From Promethearchaeota archaeon (GTDB lineage: Archaea > Asgardarchaeota > Lokiarchaeia > Sigyniarchaeales > SOKP01): a DNA stretch of 64,000 bases. The stretch covers positions 96,001 through 160,000 of the forward strand of contig JAUVNS010000001.1 in NCBI GenBank assembly GCA_030599585.1, given 5' to 3'. Positions 1-9,189 of the stretch are shown here, one piece after another; position 1 is the stretch's first letter; each line of letters opens with the position of its first letter. Both the position numbers and the translations under genes were made by a program. Below the pieces are notes generated by a model that saw nothing but the letters and a program-made list of their open reading frames with translations, was not told the DNA's origin and ran no database searches.

Positions 1-186
1 GAGACCTATATGCAAATGTATTTAACAACCTCATATGTTTTAACCGCCCCAGAAAAGACAAGTCAAGATGTAGTAAAGATTTTCAACGATCATGGAATGT
101 TTGCTGCTGTAATTGGAAGGATAAGGAATGAACAAGAATTAAATATTACTGACGGTCAAGATACAATTAAAGTTATAGAATTTTAA
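1..186 (+). CDS. 3' end of an AIR synthase (PurM-like) related protein, partial at window edge
   Basis: Open frame 1-186, ETYMQMYLTTSYVLTAPE...FNDHGMFAAVIGRI...IEF*; resembles the AIRS C-terminal domain. Confidence 0.55.
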   Translation, partial: ETYMQMYLTTSYVLTAPEKTSQDVVKIFNDHGMFAAVIGRIRNEQELNITDGQDTIKVIEF

Positions 187-274
187 TCTTCTAAGGTTTA
201 ATCTAATCGATAAGAAGTAAGCTATGAGAAACACCATTTATCCCACATCTAACGATAATTTTAGTTATTAGCCT

Positions 275-493
275 TTACTTAAGATCTGACAATCTAAAAA
301 TTTGTTTCGGAGTAATTGTATTACAAATAGGACACTGATAAACTAGTTTTTCATTTTTGGGCGTATGATGAATTAGTTCCATGATGTGTCCACAAGCTGG
401 GCAATATGTTGGAAAATCTTTTCGATGGGGGGTTAAAAAAAAATTTGGTTTAAATCTGTGTTTTGTTTCCATATAATAATAGTATGATTTCAT
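275..493 (-). CDS. small zinc-ribbon protein
   Basis: CPACG...CPIC pair in 72 aa. Confidence 0.55.
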   Translation of the reverse strand: MKSYYYYMETKHRFKPNFFLTPHRKDFPTYCPACGHIMELIHHTPKNEKLVYQCPICNTITPKQIFRLSDLK

Positions 494-658
494 GCATTTA
501 ACTTTTTGCTTTCGGTCATATGATGATCATTTTAGAACATTTGAAGATCAATAAATTCATTTTGAAAAATAATAATTTATTGGATACTTATCTTTCTAAT
601 AAAATAATAATATTCGAGCAATATTAGGAATTATAAAAAAACAAGATATTGAAATAAA

Positions 659-1219
659 ATGAGTTTTAATTTCAAAAATAAATTTAAGGGAACAATCTCT
701 ATTATTGGCACGAGTGACATCGAACCAAGAACAGAAGAGATAGCTATAGAATTAGGACGGTTATTAGCTATTAATAATTATGCCGTGGCGTGCGGGGGGT
801 TGTATGGTGTTATGGAAGCCGTTTGTAAGGGCGCTAAAAAAGAAGGTGGTTTTACTATAGGTATTATTCCTTACGAAGATAAGAGTCGAGCAAATGAGTT
901 TATAGATGTTGTAATACCAGTCCCTTTTTCTCAGGCTCGAAATATTGTTGTAGTATTGAGTGGTGATGCTTGTGTCGCTGTAGAAGGAAAGGCTGGGACT
1001 CTTTCTGAAATCTGTTTTGCTTGGATATATGGGAAACCTATTATTGCACTAACTGGTGAAATTCATGGGTGGTCTTCCAAAATGGCGGGAAAAAAAATCG
1101 ATGACAGGAGGAGTGATTCGATCTATGGAGCTACATCAGCTCAAGAAGTCGTTGACCGATTGAACGACATTTTTAAAACTAAACCCAATATCAAGTATAA
1201 GATGCCTACTGAATTTTAA
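659..1219 (+). CDS. LOG/SLOG family protein (TIGR00725-like)
   Basis: CGGLYGVMEAVCKGA, ARN, GKAGTLSEI motifs. Confidence 0.9.
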   Translation: MSFNFKNKFKGTISIIGTSDIEPRTEEIAIELGRLLAINNYAVACGGLYGVMEAVCKGAKKEGGFTIGIIPYEDKSRANEFIDVVIPVPFSQARNIVVVLSGDACVAVEGKAGTLSEICFAWIYGKPIIALTGEIHGWSSKMAGKKIDDRRSDSIYGATSAQEVVDRLNDIFKTKPNIKYKMPTEF

Positions 1220-1390
1220 ATAGGAATTTTTTTTCGATATTTTATCCAAAAATCATCCTTGAAAATAATATTAAACCATCAATATGCTATAGAGTATATA
1301 TAAGGTTAGGTTAATTTTATAAGAACGGGCTACATAAGAAACATAAGAATATATACTTGAAATTTTTTATCTAATACCGGTGAGATTATT

Positions 1391-2356
1391 TTGACAATTC
1401 AATTTTTAGATGAGAAAAAGAAAACAAAAGAATCCGTTAGCCCAAGTAAACTCCTTTTCACAGGATTGGACAATGCTGGAAAAACGACTATAATCCAAGG
1501 AATTCAGCGTGAGTTTTCGAAAATCGCGTTTCTCAAACCTACACGAGGTGCTCAGAGAAGAATTTTTGAATTTATGGGACGGGAAATTGCAGAATGGGAC
1601 CTCGGGGGACAGATAAGTTATCGAATCTCTTATTTGAAAAACCCTGGAAAGTATTTTGACGACACTGAGATCACTATTTATGTTATAGATGTTCAAAATC
1701 GTGTCAGGATTCCCGAAGCCCTTAGTTATCTAAAAGACGTAGTTGACCGGTTTAAAAAACTTGAAATAGCTCCACCAATATATGTGTTCCTCCATAAATA
1801 CGATCCCGCGCTAAGAAGAAATGCCCTAAACGAAATGAAGAATCTCGAAGTAGAAATTAAGGATAAAATAAAAAGAACCGTAGATTATAAGGAAATCTTT
1901 TATTACACGACATCTATTTATGATTTGCCGAGTATAATTAAAGCCATGTCCGAAATCCTGCTCAGTTTGTATCCGAAATCAGAATTAATTGAAAAAACTA
2001 TAATAGAATTTGGCAAAAAAACCTCTTCTGACGGAGTTGTACTTTTGGATGATAATTCTCTTATCGTTGGAAGCTATTATAAAGACGAGGAAATAAAGAA
2101 TCTCCTCACGGCGAGTACCCCTTATTTTTTGACTTTAAACGATTCATTTATCTTTACCGAAGTACAACCAGGACGCCAACATGAAGAAAATCACATGATT
2201 GTACAAAGATATGGAAGGAATTTTATCTTCAAACAACTTACATTTAAAGAGGGATCGAGTCCTTATTACATCCTTATGCTTAAGCAAGATACGAATATAA
2301 ATAAAGACGAAATTGAAACCTTTGCTAATCTCTTAAAACAAATTTTATATAGTTAA
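1391..2356 (+). CDS. Rag/Gtr-like small GTPase with C-terminal roadblock-like domain
   Basis: G1 GLDNAGKT, G3 WDLGGQ, Rag-type G4 HKYD and G5 TSIYD; about 125 aa C-terminal domain; TTG start. Confidence 0.85.
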   Translation: MTIQFLDEKKKTKESVSPSKLLFTGLDNAGKTTIIQGIQREFSKIAFLKPTRGAQRRIFEFMGREIAEWDLGGQISYRISYLKNPGKYFDDTEITIYVIDVQNRVRIPEALSYLKDVVDRFKKLEIAPPIYVFLHKYDPALRRNALNEMKNLEVEIKDKIKRTVDYKEIFYYTTSIYDLPSIIKAMSEILLSLYPKSELIEKTIIEFGKKTSSDGVVLLDDNSLIVGSYYKDEEIKNLLTASTPYFLTLNDSFIFTEVQPGRQHEENHMIVQRYGRNFIFKQLTFKEGSSPYYILMLKQDTNINKDEIETFANLLKQILYS

Positions 2357-2464
2357 CTTCTACTCTTTTTAAAACCTTTTTGTCAACATTAATAAAATCG
2401 AATTTATTTATTAGTACTATATATTGTCAAATCTTTCTAAGAGAAAATTTTCCTAATTTGATAA

Positions 2465-3550
2465 TTGGTCGAGGAGGTAAACACTGTGATAATCTGTTCT
2501 AATTGTGGGACTACTAACAATGAATCAGCAGGTAATATTTGTAGAAAGTGTGGAGCATTACTTCCGAGGTCACGTAGACCACCAAGAATGAGAATTGCTC
2601 CAAAGAAAAAAGAAATCTTAGAACCTCAGGGAGAAAAGACAAAGGTAAAAACAAAAACAAAAACAAAAAAAACTCCACAACCAGCTAAATCCCAGAAAAA
2701 ACCACCAGTTAAGAAGGAACAAACAAAACCTACAAGTTTGGATCTTCATGAAATCCCGAAAGTTAAAGCATTGAATAACGACCAAGTCGAAATTTCGGAA
2801 GATGATATAGATGAAGAGGAAATAATTGAAGATGATTTCGATGATGATTTAGACGATCTGGAAGAAGATACAGATTTTCTACAGGAAATTGCTCCACAAC
2901 CATTCAGAGGCTCGATAATTGCTGATAAAGGCGTTTATGGACAACCTAAACCAAAAAGAAAGGTTTCACGTTCTAAGTCCAAAAAAGGCATTCAAGACGG
3001 AGTTGGTTCCGAAAGCACTGAATCCAACCTTCTAAAGCAGAAACAATTGGAAGAAGATATGACTAAAGTGCTTTCATTCTTGTCAAAGAAAATTACTGTA
3101 AAACCCTTAAAACCAGTTAAAAAAGGGGTAAAAGCTTCATCAAAACCTAAAGATTCCATACCTCCCTCGAGTATGAACGAAATCTTGAAAGATTTGTTAA
3201 AATTAGACTTACACATTGAAGCGTCTGCGATTATTAAAAAAGATGGGACAATATTAGCCTCAGCTCTTAGTTCAAGGATTTCAGATTCCCTTTTTGCGAC
3301 AATTGCAGCCAACCTGTCAATGATGGGAGTGGATATAATTGAAGGGTTAAGTGCTGGAACCTTATTAAATATGTCTATAAGGGGCACTGATGGAGTACTA
3401 GACTTAGCGCCTATCAGCTTTAAAAACCTTCCTGGAGACGAGATGATCTTAATTATTTTTTCGCATCCCAAAATCAAGAGTGGAATAATACACTTCGCAG
3501 TCAGTATTGTAAAGAAACGAGTAAAGCAATATCTAGGTTTATCAAAATAA
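2465..3550 (+). CDS. zinc ribbon + basic/acidic low-complexity linker + roadblock/LC7 domain protein
   Basis: CSNC...CRKC at N-term; K/P-rich then D/E-rich blocks; IEASAIIKKDGTILASAL roadblock-like C-term. Confidence 0.8.
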   Translation: MVEEVNTVIICSNCGTTNNESAGNICRKCGALLPRSRRPPRMRIAPKKKEILEPQGEKTKVKTKTKTKKTPQPAKSQKKPPVKKEQTKPTSLDLHEIPKVKALNNDQVEISEDDIDEEEIIEDDFDDDLDDLEEDTDFLQEIAPQPFRGSIIADKGVYGQPKPKRKVSRSKSKKGIQDGVGSESTESNLLKQKQLEEDMTKVLSFLSKKITVKPLKPVKKGVKASSKPKDSIPPSSMNEILKDLLKLDLHIEASAIIKKDGTILASALSSRISDSLFATIAANLSMMGVDIIEGLSAGTLLNMSIRGTDGVLDLAPISFKNLPGDEMILIIFSHPKIKSGIIHFAVSIVKKRVKQYLGLSK

Positions 3551-3567
3551 AAATCGTGTTCTTAACA

Positions 3568-4365
3568 TCAATGTAACTGCTTTTGCACACTAATTTTTTC
3601 AACCGTGACTGTTTTAAAATATGGCAAATTTACTGATAGTTCTTGCAAAAACGAGTTCAAATTTACAATTGCCACAAGTGGGACTGAATTATCGTTAATT
3701 TTTATCCAATTTGATTCTACTGTAACCATAAGCGGAATTAGAGTAAATGGTAACCGTTTTTTATAGTTATAGCTTAATCCTAATATCTCTTGAATCATAT
3801 TCGACAGGATTTCTGGATTCTTTTTAAGGGCTTTTACTCGCTGATATTGTAAATTCGCAGCCTTGTTCATGGCGGAATAAGAATCTTTGCGCTTCCATTG
3901 TTTAGCGTCTATAACAAGTATATAGTTTTGATAAATCCCTATTACATCAATTTCGTATCGTTTTTGAGAAGTTTCATATTTTAACTCAGACTTATCTGAA
4001 AACCTATAATTTTTTATCACCTTATAATGATTTTGAGATAAAATTTCTTGAATTAGCGCTTCGAATCCGTCGTAGTTTAATAAATATGATAATTGGTTTA
4101 TATCTAAATCCAAGTAGTTGAAGCATCTCGTAATAAACGCAATTTTGTCAATTACAAGGTAAGGTATGTAATTCCCTTTTTGAATCGTGATAAATTCAAA
4201 TCCTTTTATAAAATCCAGGACTTCACATTTATCAAAAGTCTTAAAAAGATCAATATCAGAAAACTCAAACCACAATTCGGTGACTTCCGAATTCGATTCT
4301 TTAAGTAAGTCGTAAATATCTGAAAAGAAATGTTTAACTGATGAATAAGAAAAAGGATCGATCAT
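3568..4365 (-). CDS. PD-(D/E)xK nuclease-fold protein (NERD/Mrr-like)
   Basis: FEALIQEIL...YEIDVIG...IDAKQW motif. Confidence 0.75.
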   Translation of the reverse strand: MIDPFSYSSVKHFFSDIYDLLKESNSEVTELWFEFSDIDLFKTFDKCEVLDFIKGFEFITIQKGNYIPYLVIDKIAFITRCFNYLDLDINQLSYLLNYDGFEALIQEILSQNHYKVIKNYRFSDKSELKYETSQKRYEIDVIGIYQNYILVIDAKQWKRKDSYSAMNKAANLQYQRVKALKKNPEILSNMIQEILGLSYNYKKRLPFTLIPLMVTVESNWIKINDNSVPLVAIVNLNSFLQELSVNLPYFKTVTVEKISVQKQLH

Positions 4366-4463
4366 ATTCTAACTGAAGATGATGGTATAAAATAATATAA
4401 GGAGAGTATCGATATATTGATTAAATGAAGTATTTTGAGTTTATACTTTCTTTTATTAGAAAG

Positions 4464-4889
4464 CTAACTGGGCTCGTCAGGATTCTCAATAAGTTTTTTT
4501 ACTTCATTAAATTCGGTTAGAACTCCCTGATAAATAAATTCTTTTAGCTCGTTAATGTCTTGACACTCATCAATCTTCTCTTCTAAATCGTGATAAGGAA
4601 ACCCTATTCTTGTATTTTGTAGCCGAGCTATTTCAAAACCAAATTTTGAAAGAGTATAACTAACTAACTCTCTTATAAGAGGCGCTGTTAAAATTTTAAG
4701 GTTAGACGACGCTATAAAACGGAATACGTCAAGCGTCACCTTTTCAGCGTCCTTTTCAGAAAGACTCGTTTCTTTAACAAGCCTATCATAGATGCGATTG
4801 GGATCGAATTTGTTCTTCTTTACAATACCCTCCTTTTTATCTTTATAAAGGACTTCTGGAAACGATTGAATTATTTTTTCGTCAAACAT
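4464..4889 (-). CDS. stand-alone ATP-cone protein resembling the archaeal NrdD N-terminus (ORF track start 4946; ATG 4889 preferred)
   Basis: KFDPNRIYDRLVKET...LTAPLIRELV...NTRIGFPYHD. Confidence 0.75.
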   Translation of the reverse strand: MFDEKIIQSFPEVLYKDKKEGIVKKNKFDPNRIYDRLVKETSLSEKDAEKVTLDVFRFIASSNLKILTAPLIRELVSYTLSKFGFEIARLQNTRIGFPYHDLEEKIDECQDINELKEFIYQGVLTEFNEVKKLIENPDEPS

Positions 4890-5237
4890 TTTAGGAGTTT
4901 TAACTTTGATTTTAATGATTAAATTATAAAAAGAAATACTTTTCATTAAAGCCTATTATTAAATTTTTATTAATTCCCTTAAATGATACTGAAAAGATTT
5001 ACAGATAGCGATTTTGTACTTCATTTTATAATCGTTTTTGAGTAAAATTGAATAATAAAACTTGAATAAATTTATAAAAGGATTTCCTTTTGATATTAGT
5101 ATATTTATATAATATATTATTTTAAATGGTTTTATAAGAAATTAGGATAAAATAGGTTTATGATTATACTTAGAAGCAGTGTCTTTTTAGCTAACTTCTT
5201 TTAAATCTTAGATAGTAGCCAAGATTGTCGTAGGATT

Positions 5238-6650
5238 ATGTCAGAACAGAAAAATAGTATTATTAAATCAATAGTTTTAAGTTTATTTGACGACGATGGA
5301 CCCACCCCTAAGATTTACTGGCCTACAGCAATGGACGAATCGTCACGCTTGCTAATAGCGATGAAAACGATTTCGCTATTAATGGGGGATTCTGTGTATC
5401 AAAATGGAACTTCGTCAGATAGTGTTAATTATTTCGGCATATTACCTTTTCCAGATTTAAAATTGAACGGGTTGACATATTTCTTCTTAATTCTTGATCC
5501 GACGGCCAGAGGCAACGCTAAGGCAGCTACTATTACCGTTCTAATAAATGAAGACGATAGGGTTTTTTTCTACGAAAATATGAAGTATTTAAGAGTCATA
5601 ATAGATAAATCTGCGTCAAGAGTTCAATTAGCTAAAACGATGGAAGAAAACCAAACAATTATGGATGATTTAAAAGAAGAATTATTCAATTTTACTAGCG
5701 AGATAAAGGATCCCTTCCTAAATTTGAGACAAATCAAAATTCTTATGACAGGATTGGATCGAGCGGGAAAAACAAGTTTCTTGCATGCCGTTAAGCAAAG
5801 ATATAGTGAAATTATCAAAACTTTACCAACTAAGGGAGTCGCACGAAGCGAAGAAAAGATATTCGAAGAACAAAATTCTAAGATATCGCTTTGGGATTTA
5901 GGGGGGCAAAAGAAGTACAGAGATAAATTTATTGAACAAAGAAAAGTTTACCTCTACAACGTTGATCTACTTTATTATTTTATAGATATTCAAGATTCAG
6001 AAAGGATTTCGGAAGCAATTGAATTGTTTGAAACCGTCATCAATTCTCTTATCGAATTGGAAGAATTTCCCCCAATTGTTGTATGCCTCAATAAATTTGA
6101 TCCCGATATTAAAAATGCGAAGGAAATTAAAAAAAATATTAAAACTGTAAATGAAAACATTCATTTAATCTCTGAAAGGTTTTTTGTGAAGATTTTCCAG
6201 ACTTCTATCTTTGATCATTGGTCGTTAGTCTCAGCTTATTCCTACGGTTTATCGCAATTAAGCCCTAATAGGGAACTGTTTCAAAATCAATTAAAGCATT
6301 TTGCGAAGAAAATAAATTCCGATGCAATACTATTGCTCAACGAAAATGGAATTATCCTTTCAAATTTCTCTAAGCCTGGCATTTCTGAAAGGGTTTTTGA
6401 AATTTCTGCCCCTCACTTCCAAACATTGTATAAAACATTTAAGGAATTTAAAATACTTAAACAAGATTTTTTAATTTCATCTGGAATAACTTCTGAATCA
6501 AAGAAAATAATATTTAAAAGGATTCCTGTTGAGAAATATAACCTTTACCTACTTTTGTTCTTGGAAAAAGAGCTAAATATTGATAAAATAGATAAAAATT
6601 TACCTAAATTATCTAAAAACTTGAATGATTTAATCCAGACTTACATATAA
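5238..6650 (+). CDS. FLCN/SMCR8-like longin (uDENN) domain + Rag-like GTPase + roadblock-like domain fusion
   Basis: N-term FDDDGPTP and FFLILDPTARG; G1 GLDRAGKT, WDLGGQ, NKFD, TSIFD; C-term QLSPNRELFQNQLKHFAKKINSDAILL. Confidence 0.85.
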   Translation: MSEQKNSIIKSIVLSLFDDDGPTPKIYWPTAMDESSRLLIAMKTISLLMGDSVYQNGTSSDSVNYFGILPFPDLKLNGLTYFFLILDPTARGNAKAATITVLINEDDRVFFYENMKYLRVIIDKSASRVQLAKTMEENQTIMDDLKEELFNFTSEIKDPFLNLRQIKILMTGLDRAGKTSFLHAVKQRYSEIIKTLPTKGVARSEEKIFEEQNSKISLWDLGGQKKYRDKFIEQRKVYLYNVDLLYYFIDIQDSERISEAIELFETVINSLIELEEFPPIVVCLNKFDPDIKNAKEIKKNIKTVNENIHLISERFFVKIFQTSIFDHWSLVSAYSYGLSQLSPNRELFQNQLKHFAKKINSDAILLLNENGIILSNFSKPGISERVFEISAPHFQTLYKTFKEFKILKQDFLISSGITSESKKIIFKRIPVEKYNLYLLLFLEKELNIDKIDKNLPKLSKNLNDLIQTYI

Positions 6651-6983
6651 CTTTCCGCTAATTTGTATCACTCTTAATCCTGAATTCTTTTGACTTTACT
6701 TGATAGATTTTCTATGATGCTTTGGGTTGTGTCCCTTAGCATCTTTAAAATTATCTAATTCAATGTATATACTCCATAACATTAAGAAATTCATATAAAA
6801 CTATGAAGAATTATGATTAAAATCAAAAGAAAATAGCATCATAAATGAATAGTATAAAACATGGAGGTATCAAAAAAAGTGGAAAACCTGATTAAATACA
6901 TTTTCTATTTTTTCCTTTCGGCCTTGTTCTTCTCGTAATTGATTTTAAATTCACTTTTAATACTATATTAAAAAAAAATCCGG

Positions 6984-7023
6984 CGATTCTGGAGTAGTCC
7001 CTTTTGATGGGCAACAAGAATCG
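6984..7023. terminator. GC-rich bulged hairpin between convergent genes, possible bidirectional terminator
   Basis: CGATTCT(6984-6990)/AGAATCG(7017-7023) with inner CCC/GGG stem; A-run on the left, T-run on the right. Confidence 0.4.
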
Positions 7024-7038
7024 ACTTTTTGATATCTT

Positions 7039-7491
7039 TTATTTTTCTGGTTCAGCTCTAAACCTGTATTCTGCAACCCAAGATGTGTGAGCCTGAGAGA
7101 TAAGATTTTCAATTCGCTCTACAAACAATTTTTGCTTATCTTGAGCTTTACCATATTCATTTATGTTTGCTTTGAAGTAGTACTGCTCTTTTTTCAATAA
7201 TTCAGCAACCGATCTATAATTTACCCATTTTTCTTGAAATTTCAGAAATCTTATGGTTGGTGCTATAAAGGCTATAAGTATGGATGTAATCACGGAAAGA
7301 ACTCGCAAAATAGGGAATTCTTGGAAGATAATATCTATGATGATTAAAAGTGGAGTCATTGATGTTAAAGCAATTAAAGTTAATTGTAGAGTTGTATTCC
7401 AGTTTTTATTAAATCTAGCCTTGTTTTCATACCATTGTCTTTGATTTTCATATCTATCCTTTAAATATGTTTCAAATTCGTTATCGTTCAT
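7039..7491 (-). CDS. SLATT (DUF4231) two-TM protein
   Basis: YLKDRYENQRQWY, two TM helices, KFQEKWVNYRSVAELLKKE, LFVERIE. Confidence 0.85.
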   Translation of the reverse strand: MNDNEFETYLKDRYENQRQWYENKARFNKNWNTTLQLTLIALTSMTPLLIIIDIIFQEFPILRVLSVITSILIAFIAPTIRFLKFQEKWVNYRSVAELLKKEQYYFKANINEYGKAQDKQKLFVERIENLISQAHTSWVAEYRFRAEPEK

Positions 7492-7804
7492 TTTCGCTCA
7501 ATATATTATTATTTTTAAAAACAATTTGGAAATACTTTGATTAATTTAATTACTACATTTCATGATTTTTAACTTTTTATTAACTTGAACGATAGTAATT
7601 ATCACAAGCTAAGAAACATCCCGTTTCTATTTCATTAATAGATTAATTTTTTTTCTTAAACATTCAATATGGATATTAAGCAAAGCGTTTACTAAGAGAT
7701 TATAAATAGATTGAGATTTTGGGAGTGTAAATTTCTCATAGAGAGGCTTAATAAGGCGTGATTAAAACACACAAAATATCACAAACAAAATAAAAAGAAA
7801 AATT

Positions 7805-9124
7805 TTAATAGCCTGAAGCTTGTTCGTATAACCTTCTTTTTTTCCTACTCGATCTAATCAATAGAGTAACACCGATTATTACTACCCCAACAATAGATAC
7901 TATAACAATAATAATAATTAGGTCAGTGAAAAGCAAGTCTGTTTCTAATACTGTTATTTTAACTTCGTAGTTAAAAGAGTAAGCGTCGTGATCTGATGCA
8001 ACTGGAGATGGGATAAAGGGGAATTCTGAGGCATAATCGTATCCAGAGGAGGCACCGGGTATAAAAAACCACGCGCCAATGTTTAAGTTAAATCTTCTGT
8101 AATCAATTTTTTTATAGGAACTTCCTATTTGAGGTTCACACGCAATCCATCCTATTTCAGGGATATAGTATTCGACCCAAGCATGTCCTAAAAAGTTTGA
8201 GCTCCCACTGGAGGCCGCGGTGAATGTGAAAACCTCTCCTACTGCAGGATTGAATTCATCTTCAGAGACAATGAAAAAACCGGCTACTTTTCTTGCTGGA
8301 ATCCCTTGAATTCGCAATAGTGTAACCATTAAAGTAGAATATTCACTACAATCTCCTTTTTTGTTGTCAAAGGCCCAAGAGGCTCCTTTTTCTTCAGCAG
8401 GAAGAGTTCCATCGTATACTAAGTAATTGGATACATTTTCACAAATTTTCCTAGCTTTTTCTAACGGGTTATCAGAAGGAAGTACGATGCGATTTGAGGC
8501 GGTGATTAAATCAGGATCGTTTATATCGTAATAAGTTTCTGTATTATTACAATATAAATTAAACATTTCATCAGATGTGTCATAGCTTCCTATATCAGTA
8601 TCTCCTATGTTGCCAAAAGCGATTTCGTTCAGCTTTATAAGATATTTTTGACTAAGTGTAATTGTTTCAGAAGTACTCATAGCAGTAACATTAAATAGAT
8701 CATAGGTATTGTTGAATTTATCATGTGACCCCATTATAAGCGTATCGTATCCAGTTATAGAATTGTACAAGAGTTGAGCTTCTTGATATGGTGGAGTATA
8801 TTGGGTTATTGACGAATTAGGTTGTCTATTATTCAAACGTACAACTTTAAAATAATAATTTTGCGGAGTTATTCTCGTATGAGTGAAAGTATAGTTTATG
8901 TCTACTTGATATGTAATTCCTTGGTTGATTGAATAATTAGATACACCGTCAGTAGAGCTAACTGCGAGCTCATTGGTGATATTTAACGGGAATAGAACAA
9001 TTAATACTATTAATACTAGTTTGAATGCTTTCATGGTTGTGAGATCAATTAAATTATGTTTTGTATAGATATTATGAAAATCTCTATTTTTATTTGTTCT
9101 GGTATTTTTACTAAAGAAGAACAT
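7805..9124 (-). CDS. membrane-anchored transglutaminase-like protein (true start probably the internal ATG near 9034)
   Basis: GDCSEYSTL...GIPAR...GHAWVEYY...GWIACEP; signal peptide; C-terminal TM plus basic tail. Confidence 0.85.
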   Translation of the reverse strand: MFFFSKNTRTNKNRDFHNIYTKHNLIDLTTMKAFKLVLIVLIVLFPLNITNELAVSSTDGVSNYSINQGITYQVDINYTFTHTRITPQNYYFKVVRLNNRQPNSSITQYTPPYQEAQLLYNSITGYDTLIMGSHDKFNNTYDLFNVTAMSTSETITLSQKYLIKLNEIAFGNIGDTDIGSYDTSDEMFNLYCNNTETYYDINDPDLITASNRIVLPSDNPLEKARKICENVSNYLVYDGTLPAEEKGASWAFDNKKGDCSEYSTLMVTLLRIQGIPARKVAGFFIVSEDEFNPAVGEVFTFTAASSGSSNFLGHAWVEYYIPEIGWIACEPQIGSSYKKIDYRRFNLNIGAWFFIPGASSGYDYASEFPFIPSPVASDHDAYSFNYEVKITVLETDLLFTDLIIIIVIVSIVGVVIIGVTLLIRSSRKKRRLYEQASGY

Positions 9125-9189
9125 TATTAAGACAGAAATTTTATTATGTTAATAATTAAATTTTGAGCTACTACTAAGGGTAAGATACT

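Noticed and set aside
659-7491. SLOG-SLATT defence operon with the NERD-like nuclease
   Set aside because: Genes are 2-6 kb apart, on different strands and separated by unrelated genes; the LOG protein looks like the housekeeping TIGR00725 type
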